DNA of 64,000 nt, taken from Lama guanicoe (Eukaryota). Below, piece by piece: positions 12,560 through 25,434 of this stretch (within the stretch, counting starts at the first letter, position 1; every line of letters starts with the position of its first letter). The stretch lies in NCBI GenBank assembly GCA_013239625.1, contig MU053365.1, forward strand, positions 1,646,115 through 1,710,114, written 5' to 3'. Under the pieces are notes generated by a model. That model ran no database searches, had not been told where the DNA came from, and worked only from the letters and a program-made list of their open reading frames with translations. The position numbers were made by a program, and so were the translations under genes.

Positions 12560-15225
12560 TTCTCTTGGGTAAGTATAGCTGGCATTTGAATTGCTGAATC
12601 ATAAAGTGGGTGAATATTTAACATTACAAGAAGCTGCCAAATAATATTCTAACATAATTGTACCACTTAAACTTTTACCAGCAATGCACAAGAGTTCCAG
12701 TTGCTTCATATTCTCACTGACACTTGGTCATTGTCAGTCTGTTTAATTTTAGGTTTTCTAATGCACATGCAGTAGTATCTAATTATGGCTATAATATGCA
12801 TTTCTGTGATAATTGATGGTTCTGAGCATCTTTTAAAGTGATTGTTGACTATTTGTTTAATAACAGTGCAAATATGTTGCAAATTTTTATTTAGGTGTTG
12901 ATCTTTTTATTTGAGTTGCAAGAATGCTGTATGTATTCTGTGTACACTCAAAATATTTTATCCTAATACTCGGTGTAACCGTTTATTTCCTAACGATATC
13001 TTCTGATGAGCACAGAATTTAATTTAATTAACATTTTAAATCAATATTTTATCTTATATTTGGTGCTTTTATGTAGTCTGTAAGAAACAACTGCCTACCC
13101 CAAGGTCACAAGAATATTTGCTATGTTTTCTTTTTGAGGCTTTATTGTTTTACTTTAAGGTTTAGGTTTATGATTGATCTTCCAAGAAGACAAGGTTTAT
13201 ATTATTGAGAATATCCAGATCTCACTTTAACATTTATTGTAAAGACTTCACCATTAGGTTGTCTTGCTACCTTTGTCAAAACCAATTGAGCATACAGTTA
13301 AATATACATAGAAGTAAACCTAAACTCTTCTATGCTGTTCCATTGATGAACTCTGTATTCTTCTTGAATACTTTGGCTTTATTGTAAATCTTGAAACTGA
13401 ATAGTGTGACTCCTACAAATACATTTTTTCAGGATTATTTTGGTTATATTTTATTTTCATACAAATTGGATTGATTTCCATAGAAATTTAAGAGTCAACT
13501 GGTAAATTACTACCAAAAAAATAACAGGTGGCAAATTTAATTTACATTTCTTCGGATCTAAAATTGGGGGAAAATTGGTATCTAAACAATATTGAGTCTT
13601 CCAATCTTAGTTCAGAATATACCACTTAATTTTTAAAAAACATGTTTATTTTGGAGTAATTTTAAATTTACAGAGAAGTTTCCAGGTAGTACAGAGATCT
13701 CCCATATGTCCTTCATCCAGCTTCAATTTCCTTTTAATGTTACCAGTTTACATTACTGTGATACATTATTCAAAACTAAGAAACCAACATTAGTATATTG
13801 TTATTAACTACAGTCCAGAATTTATTCTGATTTCACTAGTTTTGTTTCGTTTCACCGCCCTGTTAATGTCCTCTTTCTTTCCCAAGATCCAATACAGCAT
13901 ATCACATTGTATTTAGCCTTCATATCTCCCATATCCTCCAAGCTGTGACAATTTCTCCATGTTTCCTTATTTTTTGTGACTTTCATAGTATTGAGGAATA
14001 CTAGTAAGGTACCATCTTGACTGTCCTCCAGTTTGTTTTTCACTTTTTTATTGAAGTACAGTCAGTTTACAGTGTGTGAATTTCTGGTGTACAACACGAT
14101 GTCCCAGTCATGCATATACACACATATATTTGTTTTCATATTCCTTTTCATTAAAGGTTAGTACAAGATATTGAACATAGTTCCTTGTGCTGTACAGAAG
14201 AAACTTTGTAAAATCTATTTTTACATATAGTGGCTAACATTTATAAATCTCAAACTCCTGAATTTATCCCTTCCCACCCCCTTTCCCTGGTAACTGTAAG
14301 ATTGTTTACTATGTCTTGTGAATCTGTTTCTGTTGTGTAAAGAAGTTTATTTGTCTGTTTTTTTAAAGATTCCACATATAAATGATATAATATGGTATTT
14401 TTATTTCTCTTTCTGGCTTACTTCACTTAGAATAATGATCTCCAGGTCCATCCATGTTACTGCAATTGGCATTATTTCATTCTTTTTATGGCTGAGTAGT
14501 ATTCCATTGCATAAATATACCACAACTTCTTTATCCATTGACTGTCCTCCAATTTGAATTGGTCATGTGGGCTTTTTCCCCTCAAGATTAGACTCAGAAT
14601 GTTGAGTTTTAGGAAAAATGCCACAGAGATGAAGTGCCCTTCCCATCACATCACATCAGGGGGTCCATGACATATTCATGACATCACTGATGACATCAGC
14701 CTCTATCGCTTTTTTATATTAGTGTTTGTCAGATATCTCCACTGAAAAGTTAATATATTTTCCTTTTTTCATTCTTTATTATTTGAAAGTTAGTTACTAA
14801 GTAAAGCCTATACTCCAGGATTGTAGGGGTAGGGGGAAAGTGGGATTAAGTGCCACCTCTGGGAGGGGCATTATATATATTATTTGAAATTATATTATAA
14901 AAAAGATTATATCTTCTCAATTTATTTATTAAGTTTTTTTTTTGTATCAGTATGGACTTAAATGTATTTACTTTGTATTTGGAGTTATAGTCAAACATTG
15001 CAATATTCATTTTATTGCTAATATTGTTCCAGATTTGGCCTTTGGGAACTCTTTCAGGTTGGCTCCTGTGTCCTCTTGATATGGCCCCATCTTTCTGTTT
15101 TTTGAGCTCTCCATAACTTTCTGGCACTATAAGATGCTCCAGGCTTCTCTTGTCATTTCCCTGCCCTATCCGCAAATTTAATCATTTATCCAAGGAGCCC
15201 TGGTCCCTTTTATTGGAGAATATCA
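12560..15225 (-). mobile_element. Composite old L1M fragments with a nested younger L1 3' end (~14040-14537)
   Basis: L1 motifs throughout; the nested piece is flanked by ttgactgtcctcca(g/a)tttg direct repeats. Confidence 0.75.
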
Positions 15226-17082
15226 AGTCTAATGGGGAACTGAGTATTTGCCCCGTCTTCACATCAAAGAGGCAGAAAGAGGTGGAGGGAGGCAGTGCTA
15301 GTTGGCACTCTGCTCTCCTCTGCTCCTTAGAGCAATAGGGCCCAGTGAGGAGCTGAGTGTCCACCCTCACGAAACAGCAGTAAAGCAGGGGAGTTAAGAC
15401 CCATTTCCTTTCTGTCTAGTGAGAGCAGGGCCTGATAGGGAGCTGATTTTACATTCCCAGATTGAGGTAATTAGGCCATGCAGGTTGGTGCCCCAATTTT
15501 TTCTGGAATAATGTCAGTGGGGCTGAGGTGGGGGAGTGGTACTTCTGCCCCACCTGTCTTCAAGGAATCAGTGTCCCACTTTTGCTAGTGTGTTGTGAGC
15601 AAGGCCCAGTAGGAAGCTGAACATACACACTTTACATGCCCCTCAATGGAGAGACTGTTTGCTTAACAAAAAGAATAAATATGATAAGGCATCACAGTAT
15701 ATAATTAATATTCCAAATGTCCATTTTCTGTTTAACAGGAAATCACTTGACATACCAAGAACCAGTAAATAACAACATGAATGAGAGAAGGCAAGCAACA
15801 AATTGACCAGACACCAACACTGAGATAAATCAGGTATTGCCTGAGGGTTAGTGGCTGCTCTATATAATTTTATATAGTGCTATAATGCCACATCTGCTAT
15901 TATGTATCTGGTGTTACTACATCGTTTAAAGTTCTCTTTACTTTATACTATCCAATCCTCATTACTTGAATCTCCTAGTTTACTTACCAACTTGTTATAT
16001 TTTATATTTATTGTTCAAATTACTGTTGTTTTTTCCTTCTTATTGGATCTTGAGTATTAAAGAGGTGAGGAATTGTTGAGTTTCGGCCTTATCTGAGCTT
16101 TTAGGTTCAACTACCCCTGATGTGTCTGGCCGTGGCCATGCCTTCTTTGAAGTTATTATGAAAGAGGAGACAGAGGAAGAGGAAAAAAATGGCACTATGC
16201 CTAGTGGTTGATAAATAGGTATGTTTGTTTTATTGTAAGGTATTTGGTTTCCATTGTGGTGACTGAAGTAGCAGTCCAGGGAAAAACTTTAGGGTATGAG
16301 AGAAGTACATAGAAAGGGAAGGTTGTATGTGTAAATATTGTAGAAGAATATAGCTGTAGCCTCTTTCATTGACCTTAGTAAATTCAATAGAAAGATTTGA
16401 GATATTTTGAATAGTTTTGTTGGCTAAACCATGTTTCCTTGACCATGATCCACTTCTAAGACTAAGAACTGTGATGAAAATATCAAAACAGCCCGGTAGA
16501 CAGACTGGGGCTGGACACAAGAAAGTCTAAGAGGAAGAAACTGCCTTGTTCTCCTAACCGAAGTACATGGCTGTTTCTTCTGCTACTGCAGTTCTGTGTT
16601 CTTGACCAGAGGATGCCCAAGTCAGCCTCATATGCTAGTATAAAGAAATATTCAAGCTGGGAAGAAGGAGAGAGTTCTTTCCTGCTCTCTTCCAATTAGA
16701 GCTTTATCTGGCCAGCAACATGTAGATGTGATGGGTGGGTAGAGTGATCCTTTCCACTTAGCAACTCACTTTTGGGGAATGCAAACTACTTTTTCATGGC
16801 CAGCTATACTAAGTTGAAACTCAGCAGAATAATGCAGGCAAATATTCTAAGTCCCAGAGGTAGAGGTAAAGGGAGGAAAATTTATTCTCTCTCAGTCCTA
16901 GAATTTGTCATATTAGAGGCACTGTAGTTGAAGGGATATACACTCAGAGATGGGTGAAAGAGAGAGGGGAGTTGTTAATTGATTGTTTTCCATGCTTTTC
17001 AGTATATTATTCTGATCCATCATGGACTAAGAGTGTTGGGGTACTGATTGAAATGGCATGGTGATGGGTATTTGAGTATGGG

Positions 17083-17214
17083 TAGGTTGCCAGCTTCAGC
17101 CATTCTGTGTGTAGTACCCCATTCCAGGAAGTGTCATTCATGTGGCTAAAACAATGATTGGCATGTCCTGGAATGAGGTAATGCACAACAGGTACAACAT
17201 TGGTGGTGGTCCTA
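17083..17214 (+). ncRNA. miR-506-family hairpin, miR-507 paralogue (5p arm 17120-17140, 3p arm 17155-17176)
   Basis: CATTCCAGGAAGTGTCATTCA pairs with TGATTGGCATGTCCTGGAATG (first 10 bp perfect, 2 mismatches overall). Apical TGTG is present. The ~0.8-kb flank is paralogous to the 40.9-kb miR-507 copy. Confidence 0.8.
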
Positions 17215-19942
17215 GAGGAGGAGGAATGGCTACCCGGGTCTTCCCTTGAGCCAAGGCACCATGTTTTAAGTGCTAGGCCACATTATATGACCCTTGTATG
17301 TGACTTCTAAGGAGTAAGACATAGGGAGTTAGGGGCCTCTAGGAAAATTTTCATATGTATATTCTTCAGGGATTTAAAAGTTTGTTAAAAAGGGCTGTGC
17401 ATATGAGACCACAGCATTAGGTATAGTTATGATGCTCCTCTGTCTTCCCATTGATATTTCTCTCTGCAAAACCAAATTTCTTCTTTCTTGGATTTGCCTT
17501 CAATAATATTTGAAGCCACCAAAGTACTAGGGGTTAACTATAGTTAAGTTAGCTGAAGCTCTGTCAATCTGATATATAGTTCTCAAGCCTTATTTATTGA
17601 TTTATTATGTGTATACTTGTTCACTTATTTTTTAGTTATTATGTGAAAGATGGATGGGCAAGGAGGAACTACACTGTAGAACTCTTGATAATGATAAAAT
17701 ATTACCTTTTTTTCCCCATCTTATTCACCTTTGGATTTCTATTCTCAACCCCCTGCTCACTGAAGGAGAGAAAGAAGATAGCCAGTAGTTGGAGATCATC
17801 TGCAGAACTGGAGCAGTGCACGGCAAGCCAGTTATACATACATTTTACGTTCTTATGCGGGAAACAGAATCTTGATGATCTGCAAAGGTAAGCCCTCTTT
17901 AACCAAATCAGTGGTTATTGAAAACTAGAGTTTAGGTATTCCTACATCTCAAACAGCCACAGGCCTCACTCCCACTTCAAATCTTGGCAAAAAAAAATTA
18001 GGTTGTGATCCAAAGGGGATTTCTCTATTTGTCTCCTAGCATTATTACCCATGTACAATATGTGTCTACTACTTATGGTATCTTCTTTCCTCCTTCACAT
18101 GATCTAAGGGTTTCTTTACACAGAAAGTCTCATTATTCCAGATATGTACAGGCAGTGACTGTGACACCATTGAAAATTGTTCTCAGATTTATTTGTGTGT
18201 TTATTTTTGAGAAGGTGTGAGAGTTTATATATGAGTATATCTCTGTATAATTGTTCTGGAATTTGTAGGGATTCTTGTTTGACGCGGAGGTGGCCTTGGA
18301 TGGTTTTTGGGAGGAGGTATGTGGAGAAAGCTGATACAAATGATCCATTTCAAACATAGCTACAGTACAGCTTCTAAATAGAAGTAATACGTTCCATGGA
18401 ATATGAAAATGGTACTGCTGCTTTTGGGCTTTGTCATGGATCATAAGTACTTTAACCCGCAAATGACAAATATAATAGACATAGTCTGGTTCTTGTAGAC
18501 ACCATTTGAGAAAGGTCAAAGATGAAAGTTAGGTTCAGCAGTAGGGTTGGGATGTCAGAGTAGGTGCCCCTTGTCTCACAAAGAAAAGAGGACCAGTCAG
18601 CCCAGGGGCTTGGCAACCTGGGAATATATTATTTTCATCTTTCTTCTAGTCTTTAGCAGAACCAATATACTAAAGTTTACTATACAGTTGGGTTCAGTAC
18701 TAAACTACCCACTTCAAAGAACTCTCTGTATTCTTACTCTGCTGCCTAAAAACAAACACAAAGGGATGCAGGTGTTGTTTCTTTGTTCACCAGATGGAAG
18801 CATCCTCTGTGTTCCATTACACTTCCCTTATATAATGATAATCAGCTGCAGGGCATAGCTGAGGTAGAAATAAGTACGCGTCAAAAGACTGTCTGAGCTA
18901 AAAGATGCCATGGGGATTTTGTCCATAACAAACTTCTTATCACAGACCAGATACTTCGATCACGGATGGCTCAGATATATTTATTGAAGATGTGAAAGTT
19001 CTAACAGTTTTGTGAACTGGGAACTATTGAAAATCTATTAGAAAAAAAAGACTTGGGAAAATCCAATTTAAATGCCCCTTTCCTAAGACCTTTTTTTCTC
19101 TATATATAGAAAGTTCTTAGCTAAAAGTGTGTTTCCAAATCCTACTTCCTCTCTGTCTGTAGGGTTGGTATAACATGGCTCTAATAACATGGCTCTTAGA
19201 CTTTGACTGGTTTGTGGTCTCCTGTTACCTTTACATACTCTCATCTTCTATCAGGTTCAGTTGGTCATCGGAAATTCAGAGTGCCAGGCACCTGTGTCAC
19301 AGAATGGAAAATTGGGAAAATATATTATCAACAACCACATCTTTGATCAAGGGCCAAGATAATCTAGAGCTGAGAGTAGGAAAAGGATATCTCTAGGATT
19401 TAAGCTCATCTCTCTCTTGGAATTGAACAGTGATATATTAAATGGTTAGTTTCCTCTCAAGAGATGCAAGAAATGGGATTTCTGCTGTCTCATTATTTGC
19501 ACCTTTGGCTGATTTTCCCTTTCCTTCCTAAGGGTTTTAGTGTGTTTTCACTAATATTATATGGATTTAGAATGAAGGGATTTGGGGGTACCATGGAGTG
19601 TGGGGGTATTGTAAGTATTTAATTACTGTTGTTTTATTGGGATTTGACTAGGTTTACTTTAGGTGAAAGTAGATATTTTCAATACTTAGTTCCTAACAGC
19701 TTGAAAGAATAAAGATATTTCTTAAATGAGAAAGGAAGACCAGGAAGTGGCTTATTCTCTCTTGGGCATGAAAAACACCCAAGGATACATAGAGCAGTTG
19801 GGGGGAAACTTAGAGATGGAATTTAGAGGGCACTAGGGTGGGCAATGCCAAATTCTTACAAAAAAAAATGATGAATGTCATGCCATGGCTGTGGGGATTG
19901 GGCAGGTGTGAGTAGAGCTACGTTAATGTAGAGTGGATTCGG

Positions 19943-20071
19943 CAGAGAAGCCACCTTGAGCCATGCTGTATGCAGTGCCCTATTTAGGAAGACGCCATTC
20001 ACATCCACTATGTTATGAAGTGAGCCTTTCTGAGGAGGGTAATGCTCAAAAGTACAACTTTGTTGGTCACT
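19943..20071 (+). pseudogene. Degenerate miR-506-family hairpin
   Basis: gccaccttgagccatgctgtatgcagtgccctatttaggaag..tgaagtgagcctttctgaggagggtaatgc is clearly homologous, but the arms have about 5 mismatches and several G:U pairs, and the 3' flank is truncated. Confidence 0.65.
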
Positions 20072-21144
20072 AAATTCCCTAAGGAAAATTTGTCCAAAAT
20101 GCGTCATTAAGTGGTCTATACCCCTTTATTATAAAGAGATATGGCCACTGAGAAGGAGGCATGCACTGGGGATATAGCTGTACCTAAATTCTGCTAAATA
20201 AAATTCCCTATTTAGGTAATACCAAGACTCTGTCAAAATGGTGCTCTCTATACTTAGCAATATAATGTCACTCCATCTTCACAGAAGCAACAGGGTTCCC
20301 TGGTGGGCCCTTTGTTAGAATTCCAACATGGTTTTACACAGGGCTTATATAGCACAGGACATCTGAAAACCCCATATTGGGCATGGATGTGGCAGCTGAG
20401 ACTAGATGGAATATCCGCTGATTTTTCAATTGAAAAATTACGAAGTTTACATACAGCACGCCAGCCCATACGTGAGATGCCGCAAATATAGTAGGACAAT
20501 AGGAGAGGCAAAACTTCAAGAAGCTGTTGGTACAAATATGTAATAGCTAGTAAATGAGCAGAATGTGAACTGTGCACAACAGCCCAAAGTACTGTGGAGA
20601 AACAATAAAATATATTGAGAGTTGGGCAGTGCTCCAGAAAGGAGGGGATGTGACAATTTCAAATAGAGTGGTCAGAGAAAGCTTCTCTGAGAAGGCACTA
20701 TTTGAGTAAAGTCCTGTATTAGGTAAGGGATAGAATGAATCTCCAGTTTGTCAATGTTCCAAGGTTTCCTTCTCCCTTGGCAATGGAAGGCCATCCCAGC
20801 TTTTCCTGTTGACCTTTTCTTACTGTCTATACCCACCTCCAGCCCAAATAGTTCCAAGGGATTTTGTGATGCAAATTCATGGAAATATTGAGACACTTTG
20901 GTTTAAGAAGTGAAAAGGAAAGGGGATCTCACAAAGTGGCTGTCAAACTCTGTAATGTATCCCCGAGACAGGAGAATAGGAGTTGATGGAAATAAGAAAA
21001 AAAATGTATTGCCATGATGCTTTATGTAGAGGAGATTTCTCTTCCCTGGGAGGTTTCCAGAAATCACCAGTAAGAAATTGAGTGTATTTTTAAAAAATGA
21101 TATAAGGAAAAAAAATAATTGAGGACTTTTTTTTGATAGCCCCT

Positions 21145-21323
21145 TTGTTTTGTTTTGTTTTGTTTTTTATCATTTGGAATTTCTTTTTATATTTTAGTTT
21201 CCTTTTGAGGGGGTAGGTAATTAGATTGATTGATTGATTTTTTTAAGAGGAGGCAGTGGGGATTGAACCCAGGACCTCTTGCATGCTAAGCATGCACTCT
21301 ACCACTTGAGCTATACCCTCCCC
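21145..21323 (-). mobile_element. tRNA-derived SINE (camelid vic-1-like)
   Basis: The minus strand reads ggggagggtatagctcaagtggtagagtgcatgcttagcatgcaagaggtcctgggttcaatcccc, with Pol III A and B boxes, followed by an A-rich tail. Confidence 0.8.
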
Positions 21324-23934
21324 ACCAAGGCTATTTTATGTGATGGTTTTGCCTGTACTGATTATCCTCGAACGTGAGAAATCCAGATCAGTGACTGAGA
21401 CATCAATTTCTTGGCTTAAAAGAGGTGCAGCTGCCTATTAAACTGGTAGTGCATGTGCACAGGTATGTCTGGGAGTATTAAACTAACTTGCTACACTACT
21501 GACCTAAAACTAGTACATGGCTATGATGGCTAATGCTTGTGCTTCTGCGTTCCTGCTAGATTAAGTTGAGAATGATCTAGCACAAGAAACATGGTGGTAA
21601 AAGAGAAGGTTGAATTGGACAATATATTGCAGTCAAACTCTCTGATAATGGAGCTCATCACATCTGCAGTGTCAATAGGAGAGTGAACCCCCTCTATTAT
21701 AATTTACTTTATTTCCCATGGGAAATAGGGGGGGAAAGTGATATTTCCTCATCTTGGGATAATCTGCACAGAGTAAAAAGAGGCATAAGGTGATCAGTGG
21801 ATCTTAAGACATTCAGTTAGAAGGAGGAGTATTGAGGCTAATAATGTTGAGAAGAGTTAAAGTCTTTTTGGAAATACTGGTACCAATTTTTGATATGCAG
21901 TTTGATGAGATGTACATCCTGGTATACCTGTCACTGTAACTTCCTTTGTTTCTCAAATAACGGTTTATGTATTTCTTTGAAAATATGTTGACTTTAAATT
22001 CTTTATCTGCTAGTATGCTATTTGGAAACTGTCACATGAAGTTTCTTTTGTCTGCTTTTCTCCTGTGTATGGGATGCATTTTTCTTTCCTTTGGCATGTC
22101 TCATGATTTCAGTGAAAGCTGGACATCTTATATGACTAATTGTAGCAACCCTGGATGATGATTTCCCCTCCGTGGGATTATTTTGTTGTTGTTGTTTTCT
22201 GCCAGTTTGTTTATTGTCTTGGCAATTCTATATCAGTGAAGTTTTGTCTGTGGCATGAAACTGTTTTGTGCTTTTCCTATTGGGGCACAGGCTTTGTTAT
22301 GCACACAGTCATTCTGAGAAGACAGTGGTTTTGGTGGAGTTCTCTTCGACTCCTTTTCTTAATGATCTCTCTGTCAGTCTATCTGCCTCCATGTGTACCG
22401 CACCCAGCCCTTAGACTTCCTAACTGCAAGCAGATTATTACGTAGTTTTCAAAATGCTATAGGCAAAAAGTGCTCCAGAGTTTGATCTAAATAATTCCGT
22501 CTCTTTTGCACAGGTAGTTTTGAGGCAAGTCTTTGAGGTTTGTTTAGATAGCACGAGGGCTCTTAGTAGTTCTCTCTCCGCCTGGTTCTCTCTGGCGAGC
22601 AAGCTGGACTGTTTCTCAGCTTATTCCTCGCAGAGTGCTACAACCTCGTTTTATTGACTGATCATCAAAATCTGTCTTGTTTGTGGTGGGTTTAACATAG
22701 CCTACACTCTGTTACAAATAAAGTCTTATTTTTTAGAGAGAGCATTCATATTCTCTGTTATTCAGGGTAGCCTCTCACACTGGGCAAAAATAGTAGAATC
22801 ACTAATCTGGAGCTGTCACTAAAGGCAGGACTGCTTCTCTCAGGGTGACATTTGTGCTATGCAAGCCGGGCGCTTGTCAGTGTCAGTAGATCTTGTTCTT
22901 CTCCACTTGCCTCACCTGATGTGGAGCCAAAGCACAACAATCAGTCTACTGCAAAGTATATTAGAGATCCAGTACTCTTAGACACTGTGCCTGCAGTAGA
23001 ACCTCCAGTCTATGATAGTAAGCGGAGTGGTGGGACAGCGCCCCGAAGTTCTCACCACGTGTGTTTAGAGAAATGCTGGAGGATTGCAACTTCCATGAGT
23101 ACACTGTAGCTCTTGATAGGGAGCTAGAGATAGAGACAATCTAATTTTTACGCCATAGTCACCTTAAAGACTAAAACCCCAGCCTCTGGTCTCCATTTAC
23201 CATATCTGTGTACCTATATTGTGGTGTCTTGGACTCTGATTTTCCAGGGAAATGCAGGCACCATATAGTATATCTCAGAATGAAAATAATGCAATTACAT
23301 GTTTTAAACAATGTCGTTTCAGATAATGACCCAGAAATCCCAAGAGCTAAAGGAACGTAAGGGTGTCCTCCGGTGTCAGGTACATTTTACATCTTGCAGA
23401 TCACTCCTGTTAAGTGCATGGGCTTTGTACACTCTGGGGTCTGAGGAAGAAAAACGATTTCTACTTTTCTCCATCCTACCACCTACTGTTTATTGTCTTT
23501 TTCTTTACATCTAAGATTGTGTGTACTTTCCCTGATTATTCTGTTTCTCTGGAGTTGAGGTAGGTAACTCAGGTACAGGGACTCATACCATGTAAGTCAA
23601 GCATGGATTGGTGGCATGAAGTAAATTTACTGCTTAATTAATGGGTCTGGGGAATACAAACTGCTTGTTAATGCTTTATATACAACAGTGGGAAAAGGAA
23701 TAGGATAAGGCATGCAAGGATATTTCTTCCATAAGCAGCAGAACCTAACAATAAGAATTAATATTTATCAGTTCTGAAAAACTGCCATATGGAATGTCTA
23801 CTATGTAAGTGGCCAGCACCCAGGAGGGGGTATGAGGAAGGACAGTGGAGCTGGTACAGGTCCTATGTACAAATTCCACTGATCACTGAAAATACTAAGG
23901 GACTGCTTCGAAGGCACATTAGTTGTTGTTTAGG

Positions 23935-24067
23935 CAGGGCTGCCATCCGTGGACATGCTGTGTGTGGTACTCGACTGCAGGGAGTGACAATCATATATAA
24001 TTAAAAATGACTGACATCTCTGCTAGGGGAGAAATACCTGACACGTGTGGCTTATGTGATGACACTG
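23935..24067 (+). ncRNA. MIR509: miR-509-like hairpin (5p 23973-23993, 3p 24008-24029)
   Basis: catgctgtgtgtggtactcgactgcagggagtgacaatcatatataattaaaaatgactgacatctctgc closely follows recalled hsa-mir-509, including the TATAATTAAAAATGA loop region. The arms pair, but the lower stem is weaker. Confidence 0.7.
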
Positions 24068-24471
24068 TAGGTGCACCGGGGCTGTTTGGTTACTTGCAGG
24101 GGGATAATTTCCCTTGAGTCCAAGCATGCCGCTCTTACACGCCTTCCATGCCTGTAGTGGATTATTTCAGAGAACTCTTTTCAGGTGCCTTATCAGAGGC
24201 AAGGCCTAAGAACATAAGATTCCCTAAAAGCATCCCACTGAGTTCTTCTGATATTCAATCCAGTTTTCTAAATTTGCTTGCCTGAAATAAGAAGGCTTTT
24301 TGTGCTATTGTGCTGTCCCATTCTGCAGAGCCTATTCTCTACCCTAAGGAACAAATCTGTTCAATTGTTCTATCTATTAGCTTCCCTCCCCATTTTTAAG
24401 CCTTCTCCTTAACCCTCTGAGGCTCAAAATATTACCTATCTCAGGTATGGTGATAATTTTCTGTCTGTATT

Positions 24472-24523
24472 TCTTCCTTCCTTCCTTCCTTCCTTCCTTC
24501 CTTCCTTCCTTCCTTCCTTCCTT
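24472..24523. repeat. (TTCC)n microsatellite
   Basis: About 12 TTCC units seen directly. Confidence 0.95.
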
Positions 24524-25301
24524 GTCTAAAACATGCTTGGTTTTAAAAAAGAATGTTTCAATCCTATGTAAGTCACCAACTTATTAGGGTTTGTGAATCA
24601 TACTGAGAAACTTGTACTCTGTGATATTATTTTTTGTTGTCAGTCTTTAAAAAATTCATGTATCTTTAATCTTTCTGTCACTTTTCTTTTGGTGTCCCTT
24701 CCTAGTGCAGTGAGGAGAGAGAAAAAGCGAAGGCAGAAAAGGGAGAGAGAAGGAGATAATTCTTGGTAAGTGGTCTTTTTTTCACTCCTGGATCTGAGGA
24801 GGAAAAGGGATTTCTACTCTCTCCGTCATACCTACCATGATTATTCTCCCATTCTCCGCTTCTAAGATCCTGTGTATTTTCCCTGCTTATTCTGTGGTTC
24901 AATAGTTGAGATATGTATTCAGGTGGAAAGATTCAGATCTTTGGGTGATAAGCATGGGTTGGTGATACACAGTGTATTTTTTGATAAATGATTGAATTTG
25001 GATAATACAAACTACTTGTTAATGCTTTATATATAACATTGAGAAAACAAACCAGCTAAGGCATCCAAAGTTATTTCTTCCATGAGTAAGAGAAGAACCT
25101 AACTGGAGGGCTTAATGGTTCTTAGTTCTAAAAAGTGTCTTGAGAAAACTCTGAACTATGAGTAGTTAACACTTAGAGAAGGATGGATGGGGAAAGACAG
25201 TTGAGCGAGTGCTATAGTGGTCCTTAGTACAAATGCCAGTGGCCACTCACAGCCTAAAAATACTGAGGGGTTTGCAAAAGGAGCATGAAAGGGTGATTAG
25301 G

Positions 25302-25434
25302 CTGTGTTACCATCATTAGATGTTCTTCTTGTGGTACTCTACTCCAGAGAGCCTCAATCACGTATAATTAGATGTGATTGATACCTCTGTGGGTAGAGTA
25401 ATGCATGACATGTACAACGCAGATGGTGGCACTG
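25302..25434 (+). ncRNA. miR-514/miR-510-like hairpin (5p 25340-25360, 3p 25375-25396)
   Basis: gtggtactctactccagagagcctcaatcacgtataattagatgtgattgatacctctgtgggtagagtaatgcatgac resembles recalled hsa-mir-514/510. The tactctac/gtagagta lower stem and TCAATCAC/GTGATTGA upper stem are perfect. Confidence 0.8.

Noticed and set aside
18133..18519. 128-aa minus-strand ORF / possible pseudogene
   Set aside because: No recognisable protein similarity and a non-ATG start.
21255..21323. tRNA-Ala-like gene
   Set aside because: Followed by SINE body and an A-rich tail, with a poor acceptor stem; this is a SINE head.
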